The notes below the pieces were generated by a model, which searched no databases, was not told the origin of the DNA, and saw only the letters and a list, made by a program, of their open reading frames with translations. 64,000 nucleotides of DNA from Octopus vulgaris. Taxonomy: Eukaryota. This document shows positions 38,699 through 51,252 of the stretch, in pieces (the first letter of the stretch is position 1; each line of letters starts with the position of its first letter). Location: NCBI GenBank assembly GCA_951406725.2, contig OX597839.1, forward strand, positions 30,132,001-30,196,000. Direction: 5' to 3'. The position numbers were made by a program, and so were the translations under genes.

Positions 38699-39870
38699 TC
38701 ATCATCATCATCATCATTGTTTAACATCTGCTTTGCATGCTGGCATGGGTTGGACATTTGACTGAGAACTGGGAGGCTGCACCAGGTTACAGTATGATTT
38801 GGCAATGTTTCTACAGCTGGTGTTGTAGGTGTCTTCTATGCGCCAGTTAGGTGGCACTGGCATCAGCCATGACTCTGATCTCACTTGGTTTGCCAGGTCT
38901 TCTGAAGCACGGCATATCTCCAAAGGGCTCAGTTGCTTATTGCCTCTGTGGGGCTCAACATTTCAAAGTTGTGCTTCATCACCTCATCCCATATCTTCCT
39001 GGGTCTACCTCTTCCACAGGTTCCCTCTACTGCTAGGGTGTGACACTTTTTCACACTGCTGTCCTCACCCATATGCATCACCATACCAGTGCAGTCGTCT
39101 CTCTTGCACACCACATCTGATGCTTCTTAGGTCTAACTTTTCTCTCAAGGTAATTACACTCTGTCAAGTATGTACACTGACATTTCACATCCATCGGAGC
39201 ATACTGGCTTCATTCCTTGCGAGCTTACGCATGTCCTCAGCAATCATGGCCCATGTTTCACTGCTGTGTAGTATGGCTGTTCGCACACAGGCATCATACA
39301 GTCTACCTTTCACTCTGAGCAACAAGCCCTTTGTCACCAGCAGAGGCAGCAGCTCTCTGAACTTTGTCCAGCCTATTCTTATTCTAGTACCTACACTCTC
39401 AGAGCATCCACCCCCGCTTCTGACTTGATCCCCTAGGTAATGGAAGCTATCAACTACTTCTAGTTTTTCTCCTTGGAATGTGGCGGAAGTTGTTCTCTGC
39501 GCATTGTCAGTGTTTATTGCTCCTGAGCATCTGCCACATACAAAAACTATCTTCCCAGTTAGCCTTCCTTTGATATTGCTGCACCTCTCATGTGTCCATA
39601 GCTTACACTGGGTACATCTTATAGAGTTTCTACCTACACCTCTTCTACAGATCGAGCAGGGCCATCTACCTGAAGGAGTTTGTGGTTTGTCTGCCTTCCT
39701 ACTTATTAAGACTTTGGTTTTAGCTAGGTTGACTCTAAGGCCATTTGATTCTAATCCTTGTTTCCACACTTGAAACTTCTCCTCTAGTTCTGATAGTGAC
39801 TCAGCAATTAGAGCAAAGTCATCAGCATAGAGGAGCTCCCAGGGGCATCCTGTCTTGAATTCCTCCGTTA
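38699..39870 (-). mobile_element. RTE-clade LINE, 5'-truncated
   Basis: ITEEFKTGCPWELLYADD with an intact PHD-like Cys/His cluster. Near-identical to 22850-23745. (CAT)n at 38699-38716. Confidence 0.93.
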
Positions 39871-39999
39871 TCATATATATATAAAATAAAATACAAAATG
39901 GGACAAGAACACAAAACATCTGGACAACTAGGTGATACAAAAAGGGACAACAAAACATCCAGATAGACGATACGAAAAAAACACGGCTGGGTCATTCAA

Positions 40000-40065
40000 A
40001 GCCTTTTATCTTCAGTCAAGAACCGGATCATCTTCACAATTTTGGCTGCTTAATCTTGAGATTGT
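40000..40065 (-). ncRNA. Candidate rearranged (non-circularly permuted) hammerhead ribozyme; G12 is mutated in this copy
   Basis: The minus strand reads ACAA-TC-TCAAGA ttaagc AGCC-AAAA-TTGT (14 nt) TCTTGA-CTGAAGA-taaaa-GGCT. Stem I (6 bp), stem III (4 bp plus A-U) and stem II (4 bp) can all form. Confidence 0.5.
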
Positions 40066-42105
40066 TCCAGTCTGGCCAGCCCCAAGGAAAAACTAAGCTA
40101 GGAGCATTAGATTCCTTGGAAAAAAGCATGATCATCATTTCAACATCCATTTTTCCTTGCTTCTATGGATCAATGAGTCAAATGGAATTCATGGAGACCA
40201 AATATTTCCATGGCTGGATGCTCTTCCTCTTGCTACCTTCCACCTGTTTTGAATCAAACAACTATTTCCTAGTCTATCAAACTACAAACCTATCTATCAG
40301 CATCACACACACACATAATATAGATATTCATATATCAGCCATGTCAGCATGGAAGGCGGACATTAAACAATGATGATGATGATGATGATATATTTAATAC
40401 AGAAGATGGAGTCTAACCGGAAGCTTTGTAATAATTGTTTTGGCTTCCTTCAGCACTGCTCCCTAGTCTATACATACATACATGCAGTATCCCGACTGTG
40501 GAGCTGAGAAGACATATTTCAAACAAGGACTCAATACATGTGTTGGGGAGAGTAGATATGTTTCTTTCTTTTTTTGTAGCAAAAGTCACTAAGGAGACCT
40601 TATCTGTTTCATGACTCCATGATAATAATAACCTGACCCAAATCTCCAAGAATGTATTGTGTGTGTGTGTGTGTACATATATGGAACATACCAGAGTGCT
40701 ACCTTTGTCTGCTGGTACAAAGTTTGTGTGTAAATTTGGATGTGGTGTTGGGCCACAGCTGGCAGAACTGTTAGCCTGCCAAGCAAAAGGCTCGCTGGCA
40801 TTTCAGCTGTCTTTCAATTCTGAGTTCAAATTCTATCACGGTCGACTTTGCCTTTCATCCTTTTGAGGTTGATAAAATAAGTACCAGTTAAGCCCTGGGA
40901 TCGGTGCAATTAATTAATCTAAATTGCTGGCCTTGTGCTGAAATTTGAAATCAATTTTGATGTGATTAGTTTTGGCTAATGGTTTTAGTTTGTGGTCAGT
41001 GGCAGTATTGGTGTGTGGGTGTTAGAGTGGGTGGGTATGTGTGTTCATACATATTTTCATGTTTTTGCAGGTTTGTGAAAAATTTGGTTACAAAAGCTGG
41101 ATCCTTCAGCATTTAAACCAGCCATATCTGACCCAAGTCCAATACTAGTTTTATGTTCAAACTGGCTAGATCTGACTTCTCATACTCACCCTACAATGTC
41201 ATTCTGAAATAAACAATTTCATCATTGAAATCTTGAAGCTATGAAATAATGAATCATTCAAAAACAATGTAAATAAATAAGCAGAACATTTGGCAGAGTA
41301 ATCAGAATGCTAAAAGGGTGGAGGGTTGTCAGACAGCTTTGTGTGTGTGTGCCGTCGTGTGTATGTGTGTGTTGTTGTGTGTTGATACCAGGTGTATGGA
41401 GTAGTATGTAGCATTTGTGCACCCAGGGGTGCACTTTGTAATATCATTCATCTTTTCTCTTTCATGGGTTTTACTCGTTAGACTGGCCATGCTGGGGCAC
41501 CATCTTGAAGAATTTTTTAGATAAAGGAATCAATCTCCAGTACTTATATTTCTTAAGCCTGGTACTTATTCTCTTTTTGCCAAACCACTAAGTTACAGGG
41601 ACATAAACAAACCAACACCAGTTGTCAAGTTGTGGTGGAGGACCAATATGGACACAAAGCTATATATATATGATGGGGTTTCTTTCAGTTTCCATCTACC
41701 AAATCCCCTGGCAAGGCTTTGGTCAGCCCAGAAACCCTAGAGCACATCTAAAGAAAGGACTAGCAAATAGATTGACATTGTTCAACCGCTGCTTCATGCG
41801 TATATTGTCCCCTATCTCTGCCTTTTCTACCACTCTTATAATAAACTCTGCTCCTTAGTGCTGGCCACCTCCATTTAGCCATTCCTGCTTCACTCGTCTC
41901 TCCTCCTCCTCTCATCCAATAAGGCTCTGCACCAAACTTTATGTCCAGTTCCATCTGCCCAGGGTGTGGTTCCCCTGAAATTCTTGCTTATACCTTTCTT
42001 AATGATGTTGACTTAACAAAGAGCCATCAATCTTACAGCTTGAGAAGTACCTGTGAAGGCCATTCACATTGCTCTTTCTGTCAAACCCAGCAACTAAGTT
42101 ATATG

Positions 42106-42162
<57 letters not shown>

Positions 42163-42167
42163 ATATG

Positions 42168-42206
<39 letters not shown>

Positions 42207-42240
42207 ATATATATGTATTATTATTATTGTTCTTATTAAG

Positions 42241-42880
42241 GCGGTGAGCTGGCAGAATCATTAACACACTGTGCAAAATGCTTAGCAGTATTTTGTTTGC
42301 CGTTACATTCTGTGTTCAAATTCCATCGAGGTTGACTTTACTTTTTATCCTTTCGGGGTCAATAAATGAAGTACAGTTGAACACTGGGGTCAACGTAATC
42401 AACACATCCCCTCCCTCAAAATTACTGCTCTTGTGACAAACTTTGAAACTATTATTATTAAGATGGTGAGCTGGCTGAATGATTAGTATGTTGGGTGAAA
42501 TGCTTAGAGATATTTCACCTGTTGCAACATTCTGAGTTGAGGTTTATTTTGCCTTTCATCTTTTCAAGGTTGATAAGTTAAGTACTAGTGGTACACTGGG
42601 CTCAATGTAATTGACTATACCCCCCCTCAAATTTCAGGCCTTGTGCCTATAGTAGAAAGGAGTATTATTATGGCAGCAAGCTGGTGGAATTGTGCTTAGC
42701 ACACTGGACAAAATACTTAATGGTATTTTGTCGATCTTTATATTCTGAGTTCAAACTCTACTGAGGTCGACTTTGCCTTTCATCCCTTCAGGGTTGATAA
42801 AATAAGTACCAGTTGCACATGGGGGTCAATATAATCAATGTCCCCTAATTGCTGGTCTTGTGCCAAAATTTGAAACCAAT
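42241..42880 (+). mobile_element. Head-to-tail array of three tRNA-derived SINEs
   Basis: ~210-bp units GGCGGTGAGCTGGCAGAATC (A-box-like)...GTTCAAAT (B-box-like)...TTTGCCTTTCATCC...AAGTACCAG...CCTTGTGCC, separated by (ATT)n. Single copies occur at ~40757-40955 and 50106-50280, and a fragment at 12060-12145(-). Confidence 0.8.
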
Positions 42881-43469
42881 ATTTCCTTTTTTCTCTTGCC
42901 ATGGTTATTCCTGCTCTCATCATTTCTTTTTATACTCTTTTGTTGTTTTTTACTTTCAGAAGATTAGGGTAACCAGATATTAAAAAAAAATCAACAAAAA
43001 ATAATTGAAAGCATAAAATATTAACAAAAAATACAAATAAACAAACCAAAATGAGTGTAGATTCTTACGAGAGTGAGTAAAACTGTCTTTTCCCTTCGTT
43101 TAAAGGGAACTCATGTCAACCTTATACAAATGTTATTTCTGCATCTTCCCCTATTGCTTCCTCTTCCTTTATTGTAGTTATTTGAGAAGATAGCTTTTTT
43201 TTTTATTAACCCTTCTTCCCTCAACCAATCCCTGTTTATTCCATTCTTGTTTGTTTTGACATTAATCCCAACCCTGCTATCAAACCCTCTTTTTACAACC
43301 ACACTCTACTTTATTTGTTTGTTTTTTTTACCAATTTTAACGCTATCCAATTTTTTGTTTCTTTTATATTCTATTTTAGTTTTGTTGTTGTCATTATCAT
43401 TATTATTACTATTATTATTATTATCATTATCATTATTATTATTTTTATTATTATTATTATTATTATTAC

Positions 43470-44348
43470 TTTTTTTTTTCTTCTTTCAAATTTGCTTCCA
43501 TTTCTTGCCGAGTGTCTTCCCGACTCCTAGGGCAAAGAAACTCATAGTATACATTGGTAGGCCATTAAACCAAACTCAATAGTTCGTTCATTTTTAAAAA
43601 ATTTTTTTTAAGTTAAATTAAAATACATGAGCAGCAACATTTCTCACATCGACAATGCTCTTCTCAATACGTGTGATGTACCAGTTAAGACAATCTTTTG
43701 CACTTCTTGCAGGGATGGTAAGCCAGGGATCATTCTCATATAATTTTCGGTTCCCTTCTTGATCATTCCTAGTGCTCCTACGATCACTGGTATTGTAACC
43801 GCCTTGAGATGCCACATTTTCTCAATTTCAATGAGTAGGTCTTTATATTTTCTGAGCTTGTCAAACTCTTTTGCTGAGATATTATGATCACAGGGGATGC
43901 TCATGTCGATCAATAAGCAAACTTTATTGTTTTGGTCTTTCACAACAATATCTGGTTTATTGGCCTTGATGGTTCGGTCTGTATGTACTGGAAAGTCCCA
44001 CAGAATGGTTACATTTTCTCCTTCAGTTACAGCCTCAGGGTGGTGATTATACCACTTGTCGGCAGTTTTGATATTGTAATGCCAACTTATTAGCCAGTGG
44101 AGATATTGGCCAACTCTGTCATGTCTTAATTTATACTCCACTGGTGCTAAGACTTTACATCCAGAGATTAGGTGGTCCACTGTTTCAATCATGTCGTTGC
44201 AGAATCGGCATTTTGGGTCTGCTCCATTTTTCATCACATTGGCCTGGTAGTTCCGGGTTAATAGGCTTTGATCTTGAGCAGCCAGGATGAAACCTTCGCT
44301 CTCTGCTTTTAGCCCTGAGCTCTGTAGCCACTGATGGGTTTGCTTCTG
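43470..44348 (-). mobile_element. Dong/R4-clade (restriction-like endonuclease) non-LTR retrotransposon, 3' part
   Basis: Open ~235-aa C-terminus with AAQDQ, zinc knuckle CRFC..ETVDHLISGC, RHD and the KPDIVV...LIDMSIP...K..KY endonuclease motif. A-rich tail; flanked on both sides by (TAA)n. Confidence 0.88.
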
Positions 44349-44377
44349 TATTATTATTATTATCATTATTATTATTA

Positions 44378-44414
<37 letters not shown>

Positions 44415-44437
44415 TATCATCATCATCATCATCATCA

Positions 44438-45145
44438 TGGTGAGCTGGCAGAATTGTTAGCATTCTGGGTGAAAAGCTTACTGGTATTTCGCCTGTCTTC
44501 ACGTTCTGAGTTCAAATTCTGTTGAGGTTGACTTTGCCTTTCATCTTTTGAGGGTCAGTAAATTAAGGGCCAGTTGAGCACTGGAGCCTATGCCATCAAC
44601 TAGACCCCCCCCCTAAAATTTCAGGCCTTGTGTCTTTAGTAGAAAGGATTATTATGAAGATGGTCAGCTGGCAGAATTGTTAGCATTTTGTCTAGCTTTA
44701 TGTTCTGAGTTGAAATTCCACTGAGGTTGACTTTGCCTTTTGTCGTTTTAAGGTCAATGAAATAAGTACCAGTTACACATTAAGGTCAGTGTAATCGACT
44801 AGCAAAGGGTTGTTGTTGTTATTGTTAAAAAGGCGGCAAGCTGGTGGAATTGTTACCATGCCAGACAAAATGCTTGGTGGCTTTTCTTTGAGAATTAGGT
44901 TCTGAGTTCAAATGTTGCTGAGGTTAATTTTCCTTTCCTCCTTTCAGGGTTGATAAAGTAAGTACCAGTCAAGTTAATGTAACTCTGTCACAATGAATTA
45001 CCTACATCCCTTCCTGGAAATTTTTCATCTTATGTCAGTTTCTAGAAGTTGTCAATAAAATATGTACCAGTTGAGCACTGGGATTGATGTAACTGACTTA
45101 TCCCCTCCGCCAGAATTGCTGGCCTTGTGCCCAAATTTGAAATCA
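44438..45145 (+). mobile_element. Second head-to-tail SINE array (3-4 units)
   Basis: Same SINE family, with units starting at ~44438, ~44660 and ~44832 and a 3' half at ~45050. Confidence 0.8.
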
Positions 45146-45179
45146 TCATCACCATTATTATTGTATGTTTTTTGTTTTG

Positions 45180-45640
45180 TTTAAATTGATATGAGTTGCA
45201 TCCAAGTCTCAACTAGAGACGTAAAGGGACAAGGTTTTGTATCTAAAGATGCTGGCAGATGAGGTGCCATGCAACTGGAAACACTGATGTTTGTGGGAGA
45301 GAAAACAGAGCAACGTTGCATTACCATTGAGAAGAATTTATGTAGAACATGTGATGATGTAGCCATGAATAGGATCTTTTATAATTTGCTTATTTTGGGG
45401 CTGCCAGGGATTTGGATTATGTTCTTGTTTGTTCTGCTTGGTATCATTACAACTGTCGCAGTAATAATAGCTAATGTTGTTTTCAGATGCCATATTCTGA
45501 TTTCAATCTGTAGGTCCTTATATTTGCTCAGTTTTTCAAATGTTTTTGGACGTGTGTTTTCGTCAGCTCTGACTGCAACAACAGTCAGAAGACAAGTTGC
45601 TTCAATATGATTTTTCACAATGAAATCTGACCAACTTGAC
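45180..45640 (-). mobile_element. Older degenerate Dong/R4-like endonuclease fragment
   Basis: KTFEKLSKYKDLQIEIRIWHLKT...IPGSP parallels KEFDKLRKYKDLLIEIEKMWHLKA...IPGLP in the 43644 ORF. Confidence 0.7.
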
Positions 45641-46869
45641 TATCAGTATGAACACATTATTACTCTCTTATTATAGCTATTCCATGCTATATTAGTTAGC
45701 AAATATGTTGTCTTGTGGTTTGGTGACAACAAGTCTCTTCAAATCTCAAGAAACTTTCTTAAGATTCTTGCAAAATACAGGACTTCTCCTTTTATCTGCA
45801 GGTTCACAATGCAAGTCTAAATTCCAGTCTCTTCAAGTCTGGATGTGGTGCCAACTGCATCTATTATTACGTCAATAATTATCATCTTAGTCTTTTGTAA
45901 TTTTTTCATTTCTCTGATTAGGTTCCAATATTTCTCATTTTATTCAATTTCTTTGTTTCAGTTTGAGAAATATATTTAAATTTTCCTTTCTTAAACCAGG
46001 AGTTAAATAGGAAGACTCGTAGAAGAGTGGTTGTGAAGGTTAACAAATGCTCTTACAAGAATGCCTTAACAATATTTGCTCACTCTTCCATTACTATTTT
46101 CTGTAAAGTGTTTGTGTCTATTTTTATACGTAATCTTGTTAATGTTGGTGCTGCAAATACAAGCAATATTGAGGTTGAAGCCTATTGCCGTCCATATTTC
46201 ATTTATTTTAAATGAAATTTCTTTATTGTTTCCTTTATCATTTTTTCACCTTAGTTATTTAGAAAACCATTTTAATTTCCTCATTAACAATGCAATTTTA
46301 ATTAAACTCTTTTAGTTACTCTATCATTTATGTTAACATCCATTTTACTGAGATAATTGTGTCATTAACTTATGCCAGTTACAAATGACACCAAAAGGCA
46401 CATCTCTTAATTGTTGTCACGTTCAAACGCTTGAGTCTTTTGTGTTTCAGTTTCATCATGTACAGTATCATAATTGTTTTGCTCTGCTCTGACAATAATT
46501 AGTTCATTATTGACATATATTTTCCAGAAATAAAAATATCAGATTTGTCATGTGCTACATCCTGTCTGTCACCTAAAATTACATAGATTTTTTTCACTTT
46601 GTCATTTTTTAAAGATAAGGGAAGGTTTTACAAGAGAGGTTTTCCTTGGATACTTGAAATTTCATGACCATTTATATGGAGAGCAACTTTGAAAGATTTA
46701 TTCATACAAAATTTGTCAAGGAAAGATTGCATCCAAAAAAGAGCAAGGGTGGGGAATAAATAAAAGAAATCTAAATCATAAGTTGACCAACATTTTTGTT
46801 CTTAGAATTGTTTTTCATTGGATCCACTTCAAATTTGTAAGTGTTACATTTTTTTTATTTGCTTCGGCC

Positions 46870-47205
46870 ATTAGTCTTCAGTCATACTGGAGTGTCGCCT
46901 TGAAGAATTTTTAGTTGAATAAATTATTTTTTTTAAAGCCTGGTACTTATTTTATCAGTCTCTTTTATCAAACTGCTAAGTTATGAGGACATAAACACAC
47001 CAACTCTGGTTGTCAAGCATTGGTGAGGGACAAACACACACACACACACAATGGGCTTCTTTCAGTTTCCATCTACCAAATGCACTCAGAAAGCTTTGAT
47101 TGGCCTAAGGCTAAAGAAGACATTTGCTCAAGGTGCCACGCAGTAGGACTGAACCCAGAACCTTGTGGCTGGGAAGTAAACTTCTCACCTCACAGCCAGC
47201 CATGC
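46870..47205 (-). mobile_element. CORE-type tRNA-derived SINE
   Basis: Reverse complement of the family with a GGGTTCAGTCC B-box followed by GGCACCTTGGGCAAGTG (CORE-like). Other copies occur at ~28800-28960(-), ~36479-36555(+), ~41480-41730(-) and ~58440-58800(+). Confidence 0.7.
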
Positions 47206-47620
47206 CACACTTTTATTCAGAACTGACACATTTTTCTTAATTCCAACTGCAGTAACCCAATAATGGCTTCTAACTGTGACTCCCCAGTCATCACACAACA
47301 GAAACATGGAAATTAACAAAAATAAGTCTTTTTGTTGAGTTAATTTGTCTGTTCCCTTTCTGTACTTGGTAAAAAGCCATTAGTTGAAGAGGACTACCCT
47401 TGACCTTTGTCGACTGGAAATGTTACAGTTGTGATAATTACAATTGTAGAGGGAGAGTAACAGTTGAGCTGTGGGCCCTTCACCATTTTAGTTCCATTTC
47501 TCAATGTCTTTTAGTTTATGCCTCACTGAGCTCATCTCTTTTTTGCGTCCTATCATCCCTTACAAATTAATGGTCACGTGTCAGTTTGTCATTCTTCATG
47601 GACATTCATGAGAAGCAAAA

Positions 47621-47668
<48 letters not shown>

Positions 47669-47694
47669 TAGATAGATTGATAGATATATAAATG

Positions 47695-48068
47695 CAGATG
47701 ACGCTGTGTAATAAGAAGTTTACTTTCCAACCACATGGGGGTCTGGGTTCAGCCCGACTTCATGGCACCTTGGGCAAGTGTTTTCTGCTATAGCCTTGGA
47801 GTGGAATTTGGTAGGCAGAAACTGAAAGAAGCCTGTCATATATATGTCTGTGTGTCTTTTTATCTGTGTTTGACTCCCACTACCACTTGACAACCGATGC
47901 TGGTGTTTATATCCCCATAACTTAGTAGTTCAACAAAAGGAACCAACAGAATAAGTGTCAGACTTAAAAAGAAAAAAAGAAACACTGGGGTTGAGTTGTT
48001 TGACTAAAAATTCTTCAAAGCAGTGCTCCAGCATGGCCACAGTATTGCGACTGAAACAAGTAAAAACT
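47695..48068 (+). mobile_element. CORE-type tRNA-derived SINE
   Basis: GGGTTCAGCCC...GGCACCTTGGGCAAGTG...ACTGAAAGAAGCC...CTTGACAACC...CTGAAACAAGTAAAA. Confidence 0.75.
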
Positions 48069-48441
48069 AAAAGATATCTATACATATGTATTTGGGGTAT
48101 TTATGTTAAAACGGATTTTTTCTCTCTTTTGATATTATTTTCATTGAAAAGAAAAACAAAAGCACTTTCCTCTCTCGTATTTTATGTTGCATATGACTCT
48201 CTCTCTCTCTCTCTTTCTCTCTCATGTCATCTCTTGTTCTCCTATCCATGTTCTCTCTTTATCTCAGTCCTTCTTTCCTTCCTTACTTTCTCTCCAACTT
48301 CTCTCAACCATTTTTTTCTCTGATTCTGTCAATTCTTTTTATGCTTTCCCCCCATTTCACGCCCTTCTTCCCCTCTATCATTCTTTCATCTATATTTTAT
48401 TTCCCCCACTTTTTTTCTCACCTTATCCTTCAGTTACCGCA

Positions 48442-48617
48442 ATGAAGACCAGGCACAAGGCAGCATCTCCGTCCGTAGAAGATTTGATAACTGACAGTAC
48501 AGACAATGAAGAATCGCAGCCTGTGAGTATACCAGACGAGCCCCAAGTCGAGACGTCTGCCACGAGTCAAAAGCGAACTGTCCAAGATGGTCGCGCCCTT
48601 ATGCAAGGTTCCACGTC
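48442..48617 (+). CDS. SLC36: SLC36/PAT proton-coupled amino-acid transporter, first coding exon
   Basis: Long pyrimidine tract plus cag acceptor (exon starts at 48434), ATG at 48442, acidic N-tail MKTRHKAASPSVEDLITDSTDNEESQP...GST, donor gtaagc. Phase 2 matches the next exon. Confidence 0.75.
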
Positions 48618-48769
48618 GTAAGCAGCAATTATGAAATTATTTATTAATTATCATTGGTTTGTTTGCATGTTTGTTTCAATGAGTTTGTGTGTGTGTGTGT
48701 TGTATAAAACTTTGGCAGAGCACAGATGAGGAAAAGCAGAAAGGAGGTCTAACAATTTATTAATTAGGC

Positions 48770-49037
48770 CAGTGGTTCTCAACTGGGGTCCATATAAACC
48801 CTAGAGCTCCATATATGATGTTTTGGGGTTCACAGAAGTAAAATGCATTTATGGCAAGAAATAGCTGGGTTTCTTTCTCCATTGTTTTACGTAGTTCTTT
48901 ATACGTTTCTGGCAGAGAGTTGCAAACACACACAAATGAGTGTGTGAAAAACAAAATAAGAATTTTGAAAGAAATATCTTTAAAATAGAAGTCAAAGGGG
49001 TCCAAAAGTAAAAAAAAAAAAATGTTGAAAACCAGTG
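48770..49037. mobile_element. hAT/Charlie-like MITE
   Basis: Ends CAGTGGTTCTCAAC / GTTGAAAACCAGTG. A related copy in the opposite orientation lies at 60569-60800. Confidence 0.7.
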
Positions 49038-49949
49038 GATTAGATAAAAGATAGCCTAGAGCTTAGTGAGTTCTGAACCTGGTTATTGTCAAATGAATGA
49101 GTGTTTCATCCGTTTGTTGTAATGGGTTCAACTTGTCCTCTGCGTTTTGTTTGGAAAGGTTATGGACTTTGTTGGTCAGATTTGTTCTTGATGCACTGAA
49201 TAATATCGACTGGGCTCCAAACAACTTGCAAACAATGCACTGATAGAGTTAGAAGTGACAAACAGTTTGCAATAGGGTCCCAATAAGCAATATATTAAGG
49301 GCTTCATCAGAAACGGCAGAGGAAAGATAAAGTCTTGAAAGTTTTGTTTTATTGTGGTTGTTGTTGGATAGACTTGATTATACTGATTGGGTAAACTTGT
49401 AATAAAGTGATAATGAATCTAATGAAGTGTTTGACTGATGTGTCTCAGCCTGTCTTTATTTGGGGACATACAGTCATATGTCTGCTTTTAAAAACATCTG
49501 GGTGTTTATTGAGTACAATTTAACTGGTGCAGATACTCTGTATATCTTTTTCCAGTATATTGTGTTAGGGAGGGTTTCTTGATGTAGGCTAGAAAACCCA
49601 GAGGTCACAGGTGTTAAAATATGACATCAAGACTTAAAGAAGTGGTTATATGGATGAATGCCCAAGTTATTAAAATGCCTACATGCTCTTTTATCGGCAG
49701 TTTAAAAAATCTGCTGTGTTTCATTCTGTCTCTTGGCTGGACACTATGTCAGACTGAGTTCACTTAACAGATTAAACTGAGCATCAGATCTGTGAATGAT
49801 ACCTGGAATAGAATGGCATCAATCCAGGGTAAGATTTGGTACTTCGTGTTTGTGTGTGTAGAAGTGTGTGTGATTTGATTTCTTCGTGTATTAAAAGCAG
49901 TGGTTGCACATCTACTCACCTCATTCTCCTGTTTCTATGTCTGTTGCAG

Positions 49950-50040
49950 CAACATGTCGTCCATTATGAATTTTTTGAAAGGAAACATTGGTACAGGTCT
50001 TTTGGCATTACCATCAGCTTTCAAACATTCAGGATTGTGG
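49950..50040 (+). CDS. SLC36: SLC36 coding exon 2 (TM1)
   Basis: AG/GT boundaries. NMSSIMNFLKGNIGTGLLALPSAFKHSGLW contains the SLC36 signature KGNIGTGLL. Confidence 0.92.
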
Positions 50041-51203
50041 GTAACTATCACACTAGATTTTTTTCTTTTCTTTTTTGTTTTGTTAACCTTCATATAATTC
50101 TTAAGGCAGTGAGCTGGCAGAATCGTTAGCTTGCTGGGTAAAATGCTTACAAGCATTTTGTCCATCTTTACATTCTGGGTTCAAATTGTGCCAAGGTCAG
50201 CTTTGCCTTTCATCCTTTCGGGGTCCATAAAATGAGTACCAGTTGAGCACTGGGGTTCTTGTAATCAACTTACCCCCTCTTACCCGATGCCAGTGCCAAC
50301 TGACTGGCACCCGTGCCGGTGACATGTAAAGAGCACCATTCGAGTGTGGCCAATGCCAGTGCTGCCTGACTGGCTCCCCGTGGCTGGTGACACATAAAAA
50401 AGCATCCTCTACACTCCTGGAGTGGTTGGCATTAGGAAGAGAATCCAGCTGTAGAAACTTTGCCAAATCAGATTGGTGCAGCCTCCTGGCTTGCCAGTCC
50501 TCAGTTAAACCGTCCAACCCATGCCAGCATGGAAAGTGGACATTAAACGACAATGACAACGATGATGATGATGATGATGATATATATATTAGTTGCTGGT
50601 AGGGACTCTGTATTTAATTTTTGTAACCATAATACACTACCAAGTGTTTCGAAAGATTTTTAGTCAGAACTGTGTTGTATTATTGTGTTGGCAGTGTGAC
50701 TCAATCCCTTTTAAGTTCTCTCTACAGATTAGAGCCAGAACTGAAAGTTACAATGTTTCATATACGAATATGTCCATGTAAACAATGCAGTTGAAGATAG
50801 AAAAATCAGTGATGGGTGTAGATGCATATTTCCAAACCTGGGCACCAAACCATTAATCCATTAATTGTTAACAAATTTAATATTTTCATTAACGATTTAG
50901 CTTAACTTTGAAAATCATTATCAGACTAATTAACTTCTATTACATTTAACTTCCATTAACTCATGGCAACTTCAGTTAACTTCCATTACCTTCAATTCCA
51001 TTGAAGTCATTAGATTTTATAGTTTTGGTACTTTTTAAAGGTGTTTTTAGAGCAAAAACTGATTTTGGGTTTTTTTTTCCTATAATAAAAACTAATATTA
51101 GCAATTTATTGATAACTTCCATTTACATTTTTAACGAATCAACTGATTCACAGTTAACAAAGTTAACTTTTCGATTTGCATATTTCAAGAATGTGTTTAA
51201 TAT

Positions 51204-51252
<49 letters not shown>

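Noticed and set aside
42241-42330. tRNA genes at SINE heads
   Set aside because: A/B-box-like motifs are present, but there is no cloverleaf and the heads are part of multi-copy SINE bodies.
43247-44525. Poly-Leu/Ile/Asn/Tyr/His ORFs, including the poly-M/I N-terminus of ORF 43644-44438
   Set aside because: They are translations of (ATT)n/(CAT)n microsatellites. The same applies to the many VC/HT/YI/LS-repeat ORFs elsewhere.
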